This document shows positions 35,601 to 45,477 of a stretch of DNA of 64,000 nt, in pieces (position 1 is the stretch's first letter; every line of letters begins with the position of its first letter). The notes under the pieces were generated by a model, which made no database searches, was not told where the DNA came from, and was given only the letters and a program-made list of their open reading frames with translations. Origin of the DNA: a virus. Lineage: Duplodnaviria; Caudoviricetes. Location: the IMG/VR virus record IMGVR_UViG_3300042013_000018, positions 20,050-84,049 of that record, one strand, 5' to 3'. The translations under genes and the position numbers were made by a program.

Positions 35601-35747
35601 TTATTATATTTGATCATTGTAACAAAGCCCCTAAACCTCAATTCGTACTGAAACTATACTCCTGTTTGTATAGCAAAGTCAACCATATTTCGTGGATATT
35701 CATACCGCTCGTCTGTTTTGATACAATAAAATATAATTTATAAATGC

Positions 35748-35776
35748 TTGCATTTTATCCGTATAGCTGACATACT
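35748..35776 (+). promoter_or_regulatory. sigma70-like promoter of the HTH gene
   Basis: TTGCAT-17-CATACT. Confidence 0.55.
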
Positions 35777-35813
35777 GTGTACATCAAAACTAAATATAGT
35801 GGAGTATAGTAAA

Positions 35814-36119
35814 ATGCAGTCATATCAGAATGTTTGGGAAGCTATCACAGATGATCCACATGAAGCAAAGATTTTGAGTATAAAATCAAAGCTGACGATG
35901 CTGGCTGTCCAGTTTATCCGGAACAAGCAGTTAACGCAAGCTGAAGTATCCCTTTTGACCGGTGTATCACAACCTCGTATTAGCAATATGATGAGAGGTC
36001 AACTAGATAAATTTAGCATAGACATGCTATTGACACTTGTTAGTAAATTGGGTATTGCTATAGAGATTGGATTCGATCCAGAATACGGACTCACGATTCA
36101 GTTGGGTGTTGTGCAGTGA
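35814..36119 (+). CDS. XRE-family HTH protein resembling HigA-type antitoxins (start corrected to 35814)
   Basis: NVWEAITDDPHEA...LTQAEVSLLTGVSQPRISNMMRGQLDKFSIDMLL. Confidence 0.85.
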   Translation: MQSYQNVWEAITDDPHEAKILSIKSKLTMLAVQFIRNKQLTQAEVSLLTGVSQPRISNMMRGQLDKFSIDMLLTLVSKLGIAIEIGFDPEYGLTIQLGVVQ

Positions 36120-36122
36120 GCT

Positions 36123-38210
36123 TTGCATTCCTCCCACATCTGTGCGAAGATGTGTCCTACATTAAATGAAAGGAGAGACGAAATGACTAAAGAAGATTTT
36201 GAATGGGCGTGTAATTTTCTAGAAAAAGAAGGCTTCTCTGAGGTAGCAGATGATTTGATCGAACACATGAAGGCTGTAGATACAATCATTGACTGCGCTC
36301 TAGAGTTTGATTATGGTAGACTTGAGATATTTGCTGCTTTTAATACCTATCGTGGAGAAACTAAATGAGCAACTGGCCACAACCACCAAAACAAATTAGA
36401 ATCACAGGCTCTGGCAGGGAACTGACACCAGAAGAATATAAAGTCTACAGGTCTGTTGTGTACGAGTATTACTTCTTTAATAACAAGAAATGGACATTTG
36501 AGGGTCAATCTGTTTTCTTTGGTGGACAGAGTATCCATTATTCTGATTTCATGAAAGCTAAACGTGGTAGTCTATAATGTCTGGCTCTGGTGCAAACAAG
36601 AGAAGTCAAGCATTAGCTGTAAGATGCTATAATCTAAGACAAGAAGGTTTGACACTTACAGAAATCTCTGGGTTAGTGGGTCTGGATAGGGATAAAGTGT
36701 ACACAAGAATTATCTTAGGGGAGAGACTGTCAAATGCAGATCAAAACACCCAAAGTTAGTGCAGTTTTTACCCCTTCCAGCAACGTTACACGAAAACCCT
36801 TGTGCTGCTATAGGTAAGCTGATATTGTTCACAAATGGGCTGTAAATTACACACATAGAGGTTGAGGAGAATTTAGATGGGTGACGTAGTAGGACTAATC
36901 GCAGCATGTGTATTGACAGGGTGGGTTGTATTCGATGCCACTTTCGTTACAATTGATTCTGACGAAATTAGTAAGCTGAATAACTATTGTAAAACCAACC
37001 AAGGGGTGGCTAAAGTTAAATACACAACTGACCGTAAAAGTAAAGTAACTTGTGCTGATGGCGCAATCTTTGAGATTGAGGGTCATTGATATGAAATACC
37101 CTTCGGGTGAACCCCGCAAAATAATCATTGACTCATCCACCGAGTCACACATATCAACACATACATTCTACATAAACAGAGAAAACATCTTGACAGATGT
37201 CTATTTATCCTCTACATCTAAGAATACAAGAGCAGGATTTGCAGATTTCCTTCCTCTGCATTGTGTGGATAAGGATGTTATGAAGGCTTTTGAGATAATG
37301 TTGGAGGAAGAATGAAAATGAAAGGTTGTTTTAACACTCTTGAAGATGCTATGAAGTACATTAAGTATCTGGCTTGGGAAGACCCTAATGTCAGCGTGAA
37401 GGTATACTGCGAAGCTGGCTGTTGGTATGTTGAAGGATATGGTAAAACTGTTTGCAGTCAACCGCCAATTGGTTGGTATTGCACACGATCTGGTGGGCAC
37501 GAAGGCCCTTGTGCAGCTTATCAAAACGGAGAGGTGTGAAAATGAAAGTGTGTTGTGAGACAGGTAAAGAGGTAGAGGGTATTGACAAACTAGGGTGTGC
37601 CTCCTCTGATCATTGTCAAGGTATGGTTGAACTTGTAGAGTATAGCCAAGAGATTGGACTTTATCCTGAGCTTAGAGACGAACAGATTGAGGCTATACGT
37701 AAGGCTAGTAGTGCGACAAGTGTTCCGAGGGAGAATTTTGATAAGAGGTTGTTTGAATGAAATTTACAGATCAAGATAAAGCCCTCATCCTTGAACAATA
37801 TTTGCAATGGGTGAATGAGGTATGTGATGATTGTGAGGAGAAGGCATACTTTCATGCTGATGAGGTTGTCAGGAAGGTGATTAGTCTCACAGAAGAAATG
37901 TCTGAATCTAAAATTGCATGGAAAGAGTTTTTGAATAAAGATTTAGGTGAGGATTATTAAAAGAGGTCTTGCTTTCTAGATAAAAGTGTGCAATATTGGT
38001 ACTGTTGTTTAAATTAATTAGGGGAAAACGTATGACAGCTTTTATGATTACAATGTTTGTGTTGCATTTGTTGAGCACAGGTGGTTATATGACAGAGGTT
38101 GCTAATAAGAGCTTTCCATATTAACAAGAGAAAACTTATGGAGGTGCTTGGGCAAGTTTGGCGATTAGTTTAGGGTTTGCTATTTGGGCAGGTGTGTTGT
38201 TGCTGGGTTG
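36123..38210 (+). other. Cluster of tightly coupled small hypothetical ORFs
   Basis: Chain of 60-90-aa ORFs with ATGA/TAATG overlaps and GGAG RBSs (e.g. 36365-36577, 36577-36759, 36877-37089, 37312-37539, 37757-37960). Confidence 0.6.
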
Positions 38211-38252
38211 AGAAGGGTTGTATTAATTAAATAATTGAAATAGTGAGGTGGT

Positions 38253-39047
38253 ATGGGTAGTTCGAAAGGGAGGCCACTGAATGATGAAATTCTAGGCAAA
38301 GAGTTTAGGAATAAACAAGGGTGCAGCTTCATTGTGGTTAAGTATGAAGGTGCTAATTCGTTAACAATTGAATTCGCTGAACCTTACGCCTACACAATGA
38401 AGTCAGCCACTAAAGAAATTAAAAATGGCTGTATAAAGAACCTACTCTTCCCTCAGGTTTACGGGGTTGGTTATCTTGGGGTAGGGCATGACAGCAAACC
38501 TGTGCAGATTGAGGGTTTTGATAAACTCGTGGATGTGTATGCAATCTGGGTTGCAATGCTTGGTAGATGTTATTCTGAAAAGGTACAAATTAAATCTCCG
38601 TCTTACATTGGCTGCACAGTCAGTAAAGTTTGGCATAATTATCAAAATTTCTTAGTTTGGTACAAAGATAGTATGCGAGGCAAGCAAGGATATGAAGTAG
38701 ATAAGGATATTCTTGTAGAGGGTAATAAGGTTTATGGACCAGACACCTGTTGTATTATACCTTGTGAGATAAATTGCTTTTTCACCGCAACAAAAGTCAC
38801 TGGTGGTCGGTATTTAACAGGTGTTCAGTTTCATTCTCGACTAAACAAGTATGAAGCTTGTATTGGAGGAGGAAGTGCAGGAAAGAAAATTTACTTGGGT
38901 GTTTATGCAACTGAAAGAGAAGCGTCGGAGGTATACAAAGAGGCTAAGAGAAGTCTTTTGAAGGGATTGATTGACAAGTGGCAGGATAATCTTGATAACA
39001 CTGTATGTGAAGCTCTACTAAAACTTACTGTAAAGGAATCACACTAA
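38253..39047 (+). CDS. HNH-type homing endonuclease with AP2-like C-terminal domain
   Basis: VYAIWVAMLGRCY, DKDILVEGNKVYGPDTCC, KIYLGVYATEREASEVY. Confidence 0.85.
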   Translation: MGSSKGRPLNDEILGKEFRNKQGCSFIVVKYEGANSLTIEFAEPYAYTMKSATKEIKNGCIKNLLFPQVYGVGYLGVGHDSKPVQIEGFDKLVDVYAIWVAMLGRCYSEKVQIKSPSYIGCTVSKVWHNYQNFLVWYKDSMRGKQGYEVDKDILVEGNKVYGPDTCCIIPCEINCFFTATKVTGGRYLTGVQFHSRLNKYEACIGGGSAGKKIYLGVYATEREASEVYKEAKRSLLKGLIDKWQDNLDNTVCEALLKLTVKESH

Positions 39048-39793
39048 TGGCTAAAAGATCGCAAGCACAAGTAGTGGAAGAACGTTGGGTTAAAAAGGCT
39101 GATATTGGCCGTGTTCTGAAGCCTAAGTTTCAAGATGAAAACTATCTGGCTGCTCCAGTGTCTGCAAAGAATGATGTTCAAAAGTTGTTCTTGAATGCAC
39201 TTAAAGAGTTTGATGTTGTGGTGTTCTCTGCTCCGGCAGGCGTGGGAAAAAGCTATCTGACCATGAGTGAAGTGTCTGACTGGCTTAAGAAAGGTGTTTA
39301 TAATAAAATCACTCTTTCTCGTGCAGTGATTCCTATGGGTCGTAGTTTGGGTATGTTGCCGTCTACTCTTCAACAGAAGTTTGAACCGTTCTTGATGCCA
39401 TTGCTTGAAGTATTGTGGAAGCGTTATGGCAAGAGCTATTACGAGAATTGCCTTGCTAACGGTTCAATCGAGCTTCTTGCTCCCGAGTACGCTCGCGGCA
39501 GGTCGGTGTCAGATGTAATGATCATCGATGAAGTTCAATGTATGGATCAAAATGAACTGTACACAATGCTTACCCGTATGGAGCAAGGTTCTAAACTGAT
39601 TCTTATTGGGGATGGTACTGGACACCAGACAGATATTAAAGGGGTTAATGGTATTGAGTGGCTTACTAAGTTTGTAGAAAAGAATCCAGAACTACAGAAA
39701 CACATTAAAGTAATTACAGCAACTAGCGAAGATATTGTGCGCGGTGGTTTGTGTAAAGCAATGGTACAGGCTCGTGAAAAGGAGAGTAAATAA
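39047..39793 (+). CDS. phoH: PhoH-family ATPase
   Basis: APAGVGKSYL Walker A, PEYARGRS, IIDEVQ, LILIGD...QTD. Confidence 0.9.
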   Translation: MAKRSQAQVVEERWVKKADIGRVLKPKFQDENYLAAPVSAKNDVQKLFLNALKEFDVVVFSAPAGVGKSYLTMSEVSDWLKKGVYNKITLSRAVIPMGRSLGMLPSTLQQKFEPFLMPLLEVLWKRYGKSYYENCLANGSIELLAPEYARGRSVSDVMIIDEVQCMDQNELYTMLTRMEQGSKLILIGDGTGHQTDIKGVNGIEWLTKFVEKNPELQKHIKVITATSEDIVRGGLCKAMVQAREKESK

Positions 39794-40560
39794 TGTCTGA
39801 AGATACTTTTATCCCAATGTTTCCACCTAAAAACATCTTCACAACTGAAGTACGAGGACAGCAACACACATATTATCTAACTGGTCCTATTACAGAGCCT
39901 GAGAACTATGTAGATCTATGTAATATTCTTCGTAGCAGCGGCCCACAGGACGAAATCCTGATCCGCATAAATTCGTCAGGTGGATCTGTAGCCACAGAGC
40001 GGATGATTTGTAATGCTATCCAAGAATCTGAAGCAAATGTTGTAGGATTTATTGAGTATGCTTGTATGTCAGCCGCTACGACTGTATTCTTGGCGTGCAA
40101 ACAGCACGGATGGGGGCCACACATTCAGTTCATGATTCATTGTGCGTGGTGGAGCAGTTTTGGAAAGACACCAGATATCAAAAGTCATACTGAGTTTGCA
40201 CACAAACAAATGGAGGAAGAAATTACTTCTACTTACAAGGGTCTGTTGTCGGATGAAGAATTGATCCAATGCAACGAAGGTAGAGAATTCTGGTTTGGTG
40301 CAAAAGAGCTAGGAACACGAATGGAAAACTTCTATGAGTACCAGAAGTCCCTTCCTTGTGATTGTGGCTCACCTGATTGTCAAGCTGGCATGCCTTTGGA
40401 AGACGAAGAAGACTACGACAATATGCCTACACTAGAAAGTATTGTAGAAAATGCTGTAGCTAAAGCACTTGACGCACACCAGAAAAAGATTGATACTGCT
40501 GCCCGTAAAGCTGCAATTGCTGCCAATAAAGCAAACCAAAAGAAAATTGAGGAGAAATAA
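39793..40560 (+). CDS. ClpP-like serine protease
   Basis: IRINSSGGSV, ACMSAAT (catalytic Ser), FMIHCA (His). Confidence 0.85.
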   Translation: MSEDTFIPMFPPKNIFTTEVRGQQHTYYLTGPITEPENYVDLCNILRSSGPQDEILIRINSSGGSVATERMICNAIQESEANVVGFIEYACMSAATTVFLACKQHGWGPHIQFMIHCAWWSSFGKTPDIKSHTEFAHKQMEEEITSTYKGLLSDEELIQCNEGREFWFGAKELGTRMENFYEYQKSLPCDCGSPDCQAGMPLEDEEDYDNMPTLESIVENAVAKALDAHQKKIDTAARKAAIAANKANQKKIEEK

Positions 40561-40732
40561 GATGGCAGTCACAGCTAAAACACTTTATGAAGACGGCCTG
40601 ACACAAATGATTGCAGAAGGTATTGACATCAAACAACTGCCGAAAGTTGAGTTTGATGAAGATGGTAAGATTTCTTACTCAGAAAGCGAGGAGGATTTTC
40701 TATCTCGTTGTGAAGAAGAACGTAAATAGCCC

Positions 40733-40761
40733 TTGCACAAACCAATGTGCTGGCTTACAAT
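40733..40761 (+). promoter_or_regulatory. sigma70-like promoter overlapping a hairpin
   Basis: TTGCAC-17-TACAAT. Confidence 0.6.
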
Positions 40762-41155
40762 AGCAGCACATGACAAACACACAGGAGAGAATATTAATGA
40801 GTACAATAGTAAAGGATGATTTCTACGTCAAATATCTAGGACCAACTGATGAGGATCTTATCAAAGGTCAGATTTACCCTATAGAATCTCTGAAGGTTGA
40901 GAAGAGTTATTTTGGATTGGGTTGGCCTGCAATTTATTTTGAATTCTACCCTACTTTGACATCAGGTTTGTTTGACCGTGCAGTTGGTGACGAGAATTTC
41001 ATTGTTGTGCAAGCTGACTATTGGGTTGAGCAAGAGCTTGGCTATCCAAAAGATGGTGAAGTTATTGAGTATATGGGTTGTAAGTTTCCTTGGTCTGGTT
41101 CAGAATTCAGTTTACCCCTAATGAAAATGGCTCGTAGGAATAAGGCAGATTGGTA

Positions 41156-41275
41156 ATGACCCCATACGACTTCGACGACCAATCAGAAGACCTGTCTGCT
41201 ATCCTAGAACCAGCATTCTCAATTGAGCCTGATGAATGGTTGGAATTAGACCTAGAATCAATGTGTATTAACTAA
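41156..41275 (+). CDS. 39-aa acidic microprotein
   Basis: TAATG-coupled ORF MTPYDFDDQSEDLSAILEPAFSIEPDEWLELDLESMCIN; 12 D/E, no K/R. Confidence 0.5.
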   Translation: MTPYDFDDQSEDLSAILEPAFSIEPDEWLELDLESMCIN

Positions 41276-41819
41276 GGAGAGAGAAATGTACAACGAACAT
41301 ACTGATGATGAGATTAAAGAGCTTTACCATAAGACAGCAATGGAGTTATCATTCTTTAATGCAGCAGAGGGACAAAGTTGGTATACTGAGTCTGCTGCTC
41401 GTAGTATTTGTCAAGGTATTTATAAAGAGCTTTGTGCAGAGTTTAATTCTCGTGGAATTGAGTTTCCTAAAGGCAACTATCTAATTTAAGGAAAATAACA
41501 ATGTATCAAACTCAGCACTCTAGTCTGACAGCACTATTCAAAGTTATTAAAGAAGAGAAACTTGAGCAATTTTCAGTATTACTTGAGGATAAACAATTGT
41601 CTGAGAATAATATTGTACAAGTCTACAATCTATCACGACCTTGGGTGTCTAAAACGGAGAATAAAGAATGAGTTCTAAATATGAAGCGCTTTGCAAATTA
41701 TATGCTGCCATCAATCATCCAGCGAAGGCGAGTAAAAGCAGCGTCACATACTTCCGTGAGAATGTAGATGCAATGTTAGTGGTATTGAATCAGTTAATTG
41801 AGTTGGAGAAAGAGCAAGA

Positions 41820-41960
41820 ATGAATAGTTTTAACACAGTCACAGAAGAAGGTTATGATGTAAATATCTCTTCTTGGATTCTTCACGATCTAGAAGATGCT
41901 ACAACTGAACTTGGCGAGGACATGATTTCTAGTATTTTGGAGGAGATGGATTGTGAGTGA
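41820..41960 (+). CDS. 46-aa acidic microprotein
   Basis: MNSFNTVTEEGYDVNISSWILHDLEDATTELGEDMISSILEEMDCE; 13 D/E, no K/R. Confidence 0.55.
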   Translation: MNSFNTVTEEGYDVNISSWILHDLEDATTELGEDMISSILEEMDCE

Positions 41961-42206
41961 CATTAAAGATAAATTCCAAAGAATTAAGATTATGCAAGAA
42001 AAACTGACCTCGGAACTTCAACAACTACAAGCATCTTGCCCACACGAGGACAAGCAAGGTGAGTATAAAGGAGACACAGGCAACTGGTCTGCTAGTGATG
42101 ACTCTTACTGGATTGATGCTAGATGTTTAGATTGTGGGAAAACTTGGATTATTGATAGCGCAGCTAATAAATCAGAATATTATGATTTCAAAGGTGTATT
42201 AGTGTA

Positions 42207-42347
42207 ATGACAGACTATGACCGTTGGCTTGATGAAAATTTAGATGACTACTACGAAGATGCTGAAGAAGACGTTGTAGACGATGATGATTGGCTTATAG
42301 ATCAGTTTATTGAGCATGAAATAGAAATGGAGAATTATTATGACTGA
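42207..42347 (+). CDS. 46-aa extremely acidic microprotein
   Basis: MTDYDRWLDENLDDYYEDAEEDVVDDDDWLIDQFIEHEIEMENYYD; 21 D/E, one R; overlap-coupled on both sides. Confidence 0.6.
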   Translation: MTDYDRWLDENLDDYYEDAEEDVVDDDDWLIDQFIEHEIEMENYYD

Positions 42348-42618
42348 AGCTAAGAAGAAAGATCCTAAAGTGACAACAGTTGATTATAATACCTTCACTG
42401 ATTATCTATTCATTCCACCCGCAACCTTCTACATTCAAAATGCAATGGGTGAATATGTGTTTGTTCATACAGCCTCGCGGGCTATCGCTCAGGAGTATAT
42501 TGATTCTGTGTACGGCAAGTCACGCTATACAATCGTCGCATCGAAATTACAAAAAACAGTTAGTAAGTCTGAAAGTGGTGAATTGAGCTGCCGGGGAACG
42601 GCTACGAGGTCTAAATAG
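42340..42618 (+). CDS. Hypothetical conserved phage protein
   Basis: 92-aa ORF with RBS, coupled to neighbours. Confidence 0.65.
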   Translation: MTEAKKKDPKVTTVDYNTFTDYLFIPPATFYIQNAMGEYVFVHTASRAIAQEYIDSVYGKSRYTIVASKLQKTVSKSESGELSCRGTATRSK

Positions 42619-42627
42619 GAGAGAGAT

Positions 42628-43530
42628 ATGGGCGGAGAAAATTTTAAAGATCTTACAGGACAGACTTTTCAATACTTGACAGTATTGGAGCGTACAGATA
42701 ATTTAGTTTACAAAGGTAATAAAATTAAAGTTCGGTGGTTATGTGAATGTGTTTGTGGGGAACAGGTTGTAAAATACAGTAGGGCGCTTAAAGTAACAGA
42801 CAAACCTGTATCTTGTGGCTGCATGACGCCTAAGAAGCCTGTAAAATATGATCTAGTGGGGCAAGAATTTGGATTCTTGACGGTGATAAGTAGAAGCGGA
42901 ATTAAGAACGATAACAGGAATTATTTTTGGAATTGTCAGTGTGTATGTGGGGAAGAAGTCTTGGTTCTAACACACAGTCTGATGAAAAATGAGAAGAAGT
43001 CATGCGGATGTAAAACAAAAGCTGAGACAAGTGGTACACATGGGATGTATAGAACGCCGACTTGGATCTCTTGGAACTCTATGAAACAGAGGTGTACGAA
43101 GGAGTACCATAAATCCTATGAATACTATAAAGATGTACCTATTGACGAAGCTTGGTTAGATTCATTTGAGACATTTCTGTCCGACATGGGTGATCGCCCT
43201 GATGGTATGACATTGGATCGTATTGACAATTCTCTGGGTTATTATAAAGAGAATTGTCGTTGGGCTACAGATTCTGAACAGCAGCAGAATAAAAGGCCAA
43301 ACTACATAAACAAGCATAAAGGATTGGCAGGTGTTGGTGCCAGTGGAGATAGGTTTCAATCAAGAATACGTCATGAAGGGGTGCGTGAATATTTAGGTAC
43401 GTTCGATACACCAGAAGAGGCGAATGATGCCTATAATAAAAGAGGTTTTGAGTTGTTAGGAGACGCTTGGATTTATAAAGGCCCTCCTCCAGATAAAGAC
43501 AACCAATTAGGAGAACAACATGAAATTTGA
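42628..43530 (+). CDS. HNH homing endonuclease with Zn-ribbon repeats and AP2-like domain
   Basis: Two DLxGQxF..LTV...W.C.C.CG repeats; RPDGMTLDRIDNSLGYYKENCRWAT; YLGTFDTPEEA. Confidence 0.9.
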   Translation: MGGENFKDLTGQTFQYLTVLERTDNLVYKGNKIKVRWLCECVCGEQVVKYSRALKVTDKPVSCGCMTPKKPVKYDLVGQEFGFLTVISRSGIKNDNRNYFWNCQCVCGEEVLVLTHSLMKNEKKSCGCKTKAETSGTHGMYRTPTWISWNSMKQRCTKEYHKSYEYYKDVPIDEAWLDSFETFLSDMGDRPDGMTLDRIDNSLGYYKENCRWATDSEQQQNKRPNYINKHKGLAGVGASGDRFQSRIRHEGVREYLGTFDTPEEANDAYNKRGFELLGDAWIYKGPPPDKDNQLGEQHEI

Positions 43531-43731
43531 ACTAAACGAAAATGAACTAAAACGTGCTGAAGAATTCAAGAATATGTGCCACATGATTATGAGCTACGCT
43601 GCTCAATCAGACGATGACATGAAGATTCTTACTTACCACTATATCTTTTCCGGCGGTGGTGGTATTGGAATCAGCAGTGCCATAGAATGTGATGAATTAG
43701 GTATTGGTATTTCATTGACTGATTATGAAGC

Positions 43732-44247
43732 ATGGTGATGACTAAAGAAGACGATCTTTACATGGATATTGCTGTCAGGGCATCACAAGATAGTCATGCC
43801 ATCAGGAAACAGGTTGGAAGTTGCATCCTCACTAAGAGCAGAGGTTTGTACTTAGGTTATAATGGTACTCTCCCCGGAATGGATAACACTTGCGAGGATA
43901 AAGTATATTCAGAAGGTGCAGGCGGTTGGTTGGATATTGAAACTTTCCGCGAAACCTTTCCTTATGAAGATGAGATTGGGCACTACAAGTTAGTTACCCG
44001 AAAAGGCGTAGTTCATTCTGAAATTAATTCACTCTGCAAAATGGCTCGTGAGGGTGTAAGTGCAGAAGGTGCTACAATCTACGTAACATTGTCACCTTGT
44101 TCAACCTGTAGCTCCATTATTGCTTCCAGTGGAATTAAAAAGGTTGTATACTTAGAACGTTACAGGGATACCAAGGGAATTGAGATGCTGGAAGCCTTTG
44201 GTGTTGAAGTAGTACAATATGAGAAAGGAGAGAAACCAAATGACTGA
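43732..44247 (+). CDS. dCMP deaminase
   Basis: HSEINSL and TLSPCSTC Zn-binding motifs; RKQVGSCI. Confidence 0.9.
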   Translation: MVMTKEDDLYMDIAVRASQDSHAIRKQVGSCILTKSRGLYLGYNGTLPGMDNTCEDKVYSEGAGGWLDIETFRETFPYEDEIGHYKLVTRKGVVHSEINSLCKMAREGVSAEGATIYVTLSPCSTCSSIIASSGIKKVVYLERYRDTKGIEMLEAFGVEVVQYEKGEKPND

Positions 44248-44899
44248 CACAGATAAGATTCTAACCGCTGAAGAAATTAAAGACACTACAATTTTGCAAA
44301 TGGTAAGTCTCAAGAATTTCTTCTCTGAGCTAGGATACGAACCACTTTACTTTGTAAAAGGTATTGTATGCTTTGAAAGTGATTGTCCAACTAACAAAGG
44401 ACGTTCAACTATTAGTTTTAGCAATGCAGTAAATATCTACAATGGACGTTACCTAGACTGGCACGGTGTTGGTGGGAATAAAACCTTCAAGCCACCTTTC
44501 GACTTTGATCCCTATCGACTTAAACGAGCTATTGCTGCACGTATTGTTGAAGTGGTTAATATTCAAAAGAATAAAAAGACTGGAATGATCAAACCAACTA
44601 GTCAAATTGTTAAATTCGTTGATCCCGTCTTTTACAAAATGTGGATTGGTTCTAAGAAGTTCCCATTCTGAAGACTGCACGGAGAACAATAAAATGTCTA
44701 GAGATAGAATCTACGTATTCTCAAACGGTTGGTGTTTCGGCTGTGAATATTCAATTGCTACACATGGTCACATGGGAGATTATAGGGAAGTTGTCGTAGG
44801 ACAAGGTTGGTCAACAAGAGACTTGAATGTAATGGTTGCAGACTACCTTGAGGAGAATAGAGATAGTCTATTTGAAACCAATTGCTAAGAGATATTTAT

Positions 44900-44935
44900 A
44901 GAGCAGCTAGTCCTTGTGATTGGCTGCTCTTTTTG
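44900..44935 (+). terminator. Intrinsic terminator
   Basis: AGAGCAGCTAG...TTGGCTGCTCT followed by TTTTGTT. Confidence 0.75.
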
Positions 44936-44970
44936 TTATTCTTGATTCACTAATTTATAGGAGAGTGGTT

Positions 44971-45477
44971 ATGGCAAACGTATGGTTCATGAGTGATGCT
45001 CACCTAGATCACAAGAATATCTGTAACTTCCGGGATCAGTTCTCATCTGTGGAAGAACATAACGCAATTATCAAAGAGAATTACCACAAAGTGGTCACTA
45101 AACGCGATGTTGTATTTATGTTGGGTGACATGTGCTTCAGTAAAGAAGCTCTCGCAGATGTCAAGACTTGGGTAGCTGAAAAGAAGATTCTTATCTGTGG
45201 TAATCACGACCTTGAGCGTGGTATTGCAATGCAAGACTTGTGTGGCACATATGATGCAGTTTACAGCCTGCACAAATACAAAGGAATGTGGTTGAGTCAT
45301 GCACCAATTCATCCACAAGAGCTTCGTGGTAAGTTTAATGTCCATGGGCACATGCATTTTGATAAGATTGATGACCCCAAATATCTGAATGTCTGTATGG
45401 AACACACAAACTATACACCAATTGATTTGAATGAGGTCCGTAAGCGTCTGAATATTGTTGAGAAGGTCTATGACTGA
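44971..45477 (+). CDS. Calcineurin-like metallophosphoesterase (start corrected to 44971)
   Basis: SDAHLDH, LGD, GNHD, SHAP, HGHMH motifs. Confidence 0.9.
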   Translation: MANVWFMSDAHLDHKNICNFRDQFSSVEEHNAIIKENYHKVVTKRDVVFMLGDMCFSKEALADVKTWVAEKKILICGNHDLERGIAMQDLCGTYDAVYSLHKYKGMWLSHAPIHPQELRGKFNVHGHMHFDKIDDPKYLNVCMEHTNYTPIDLNEVRKRLNIVEKVYD

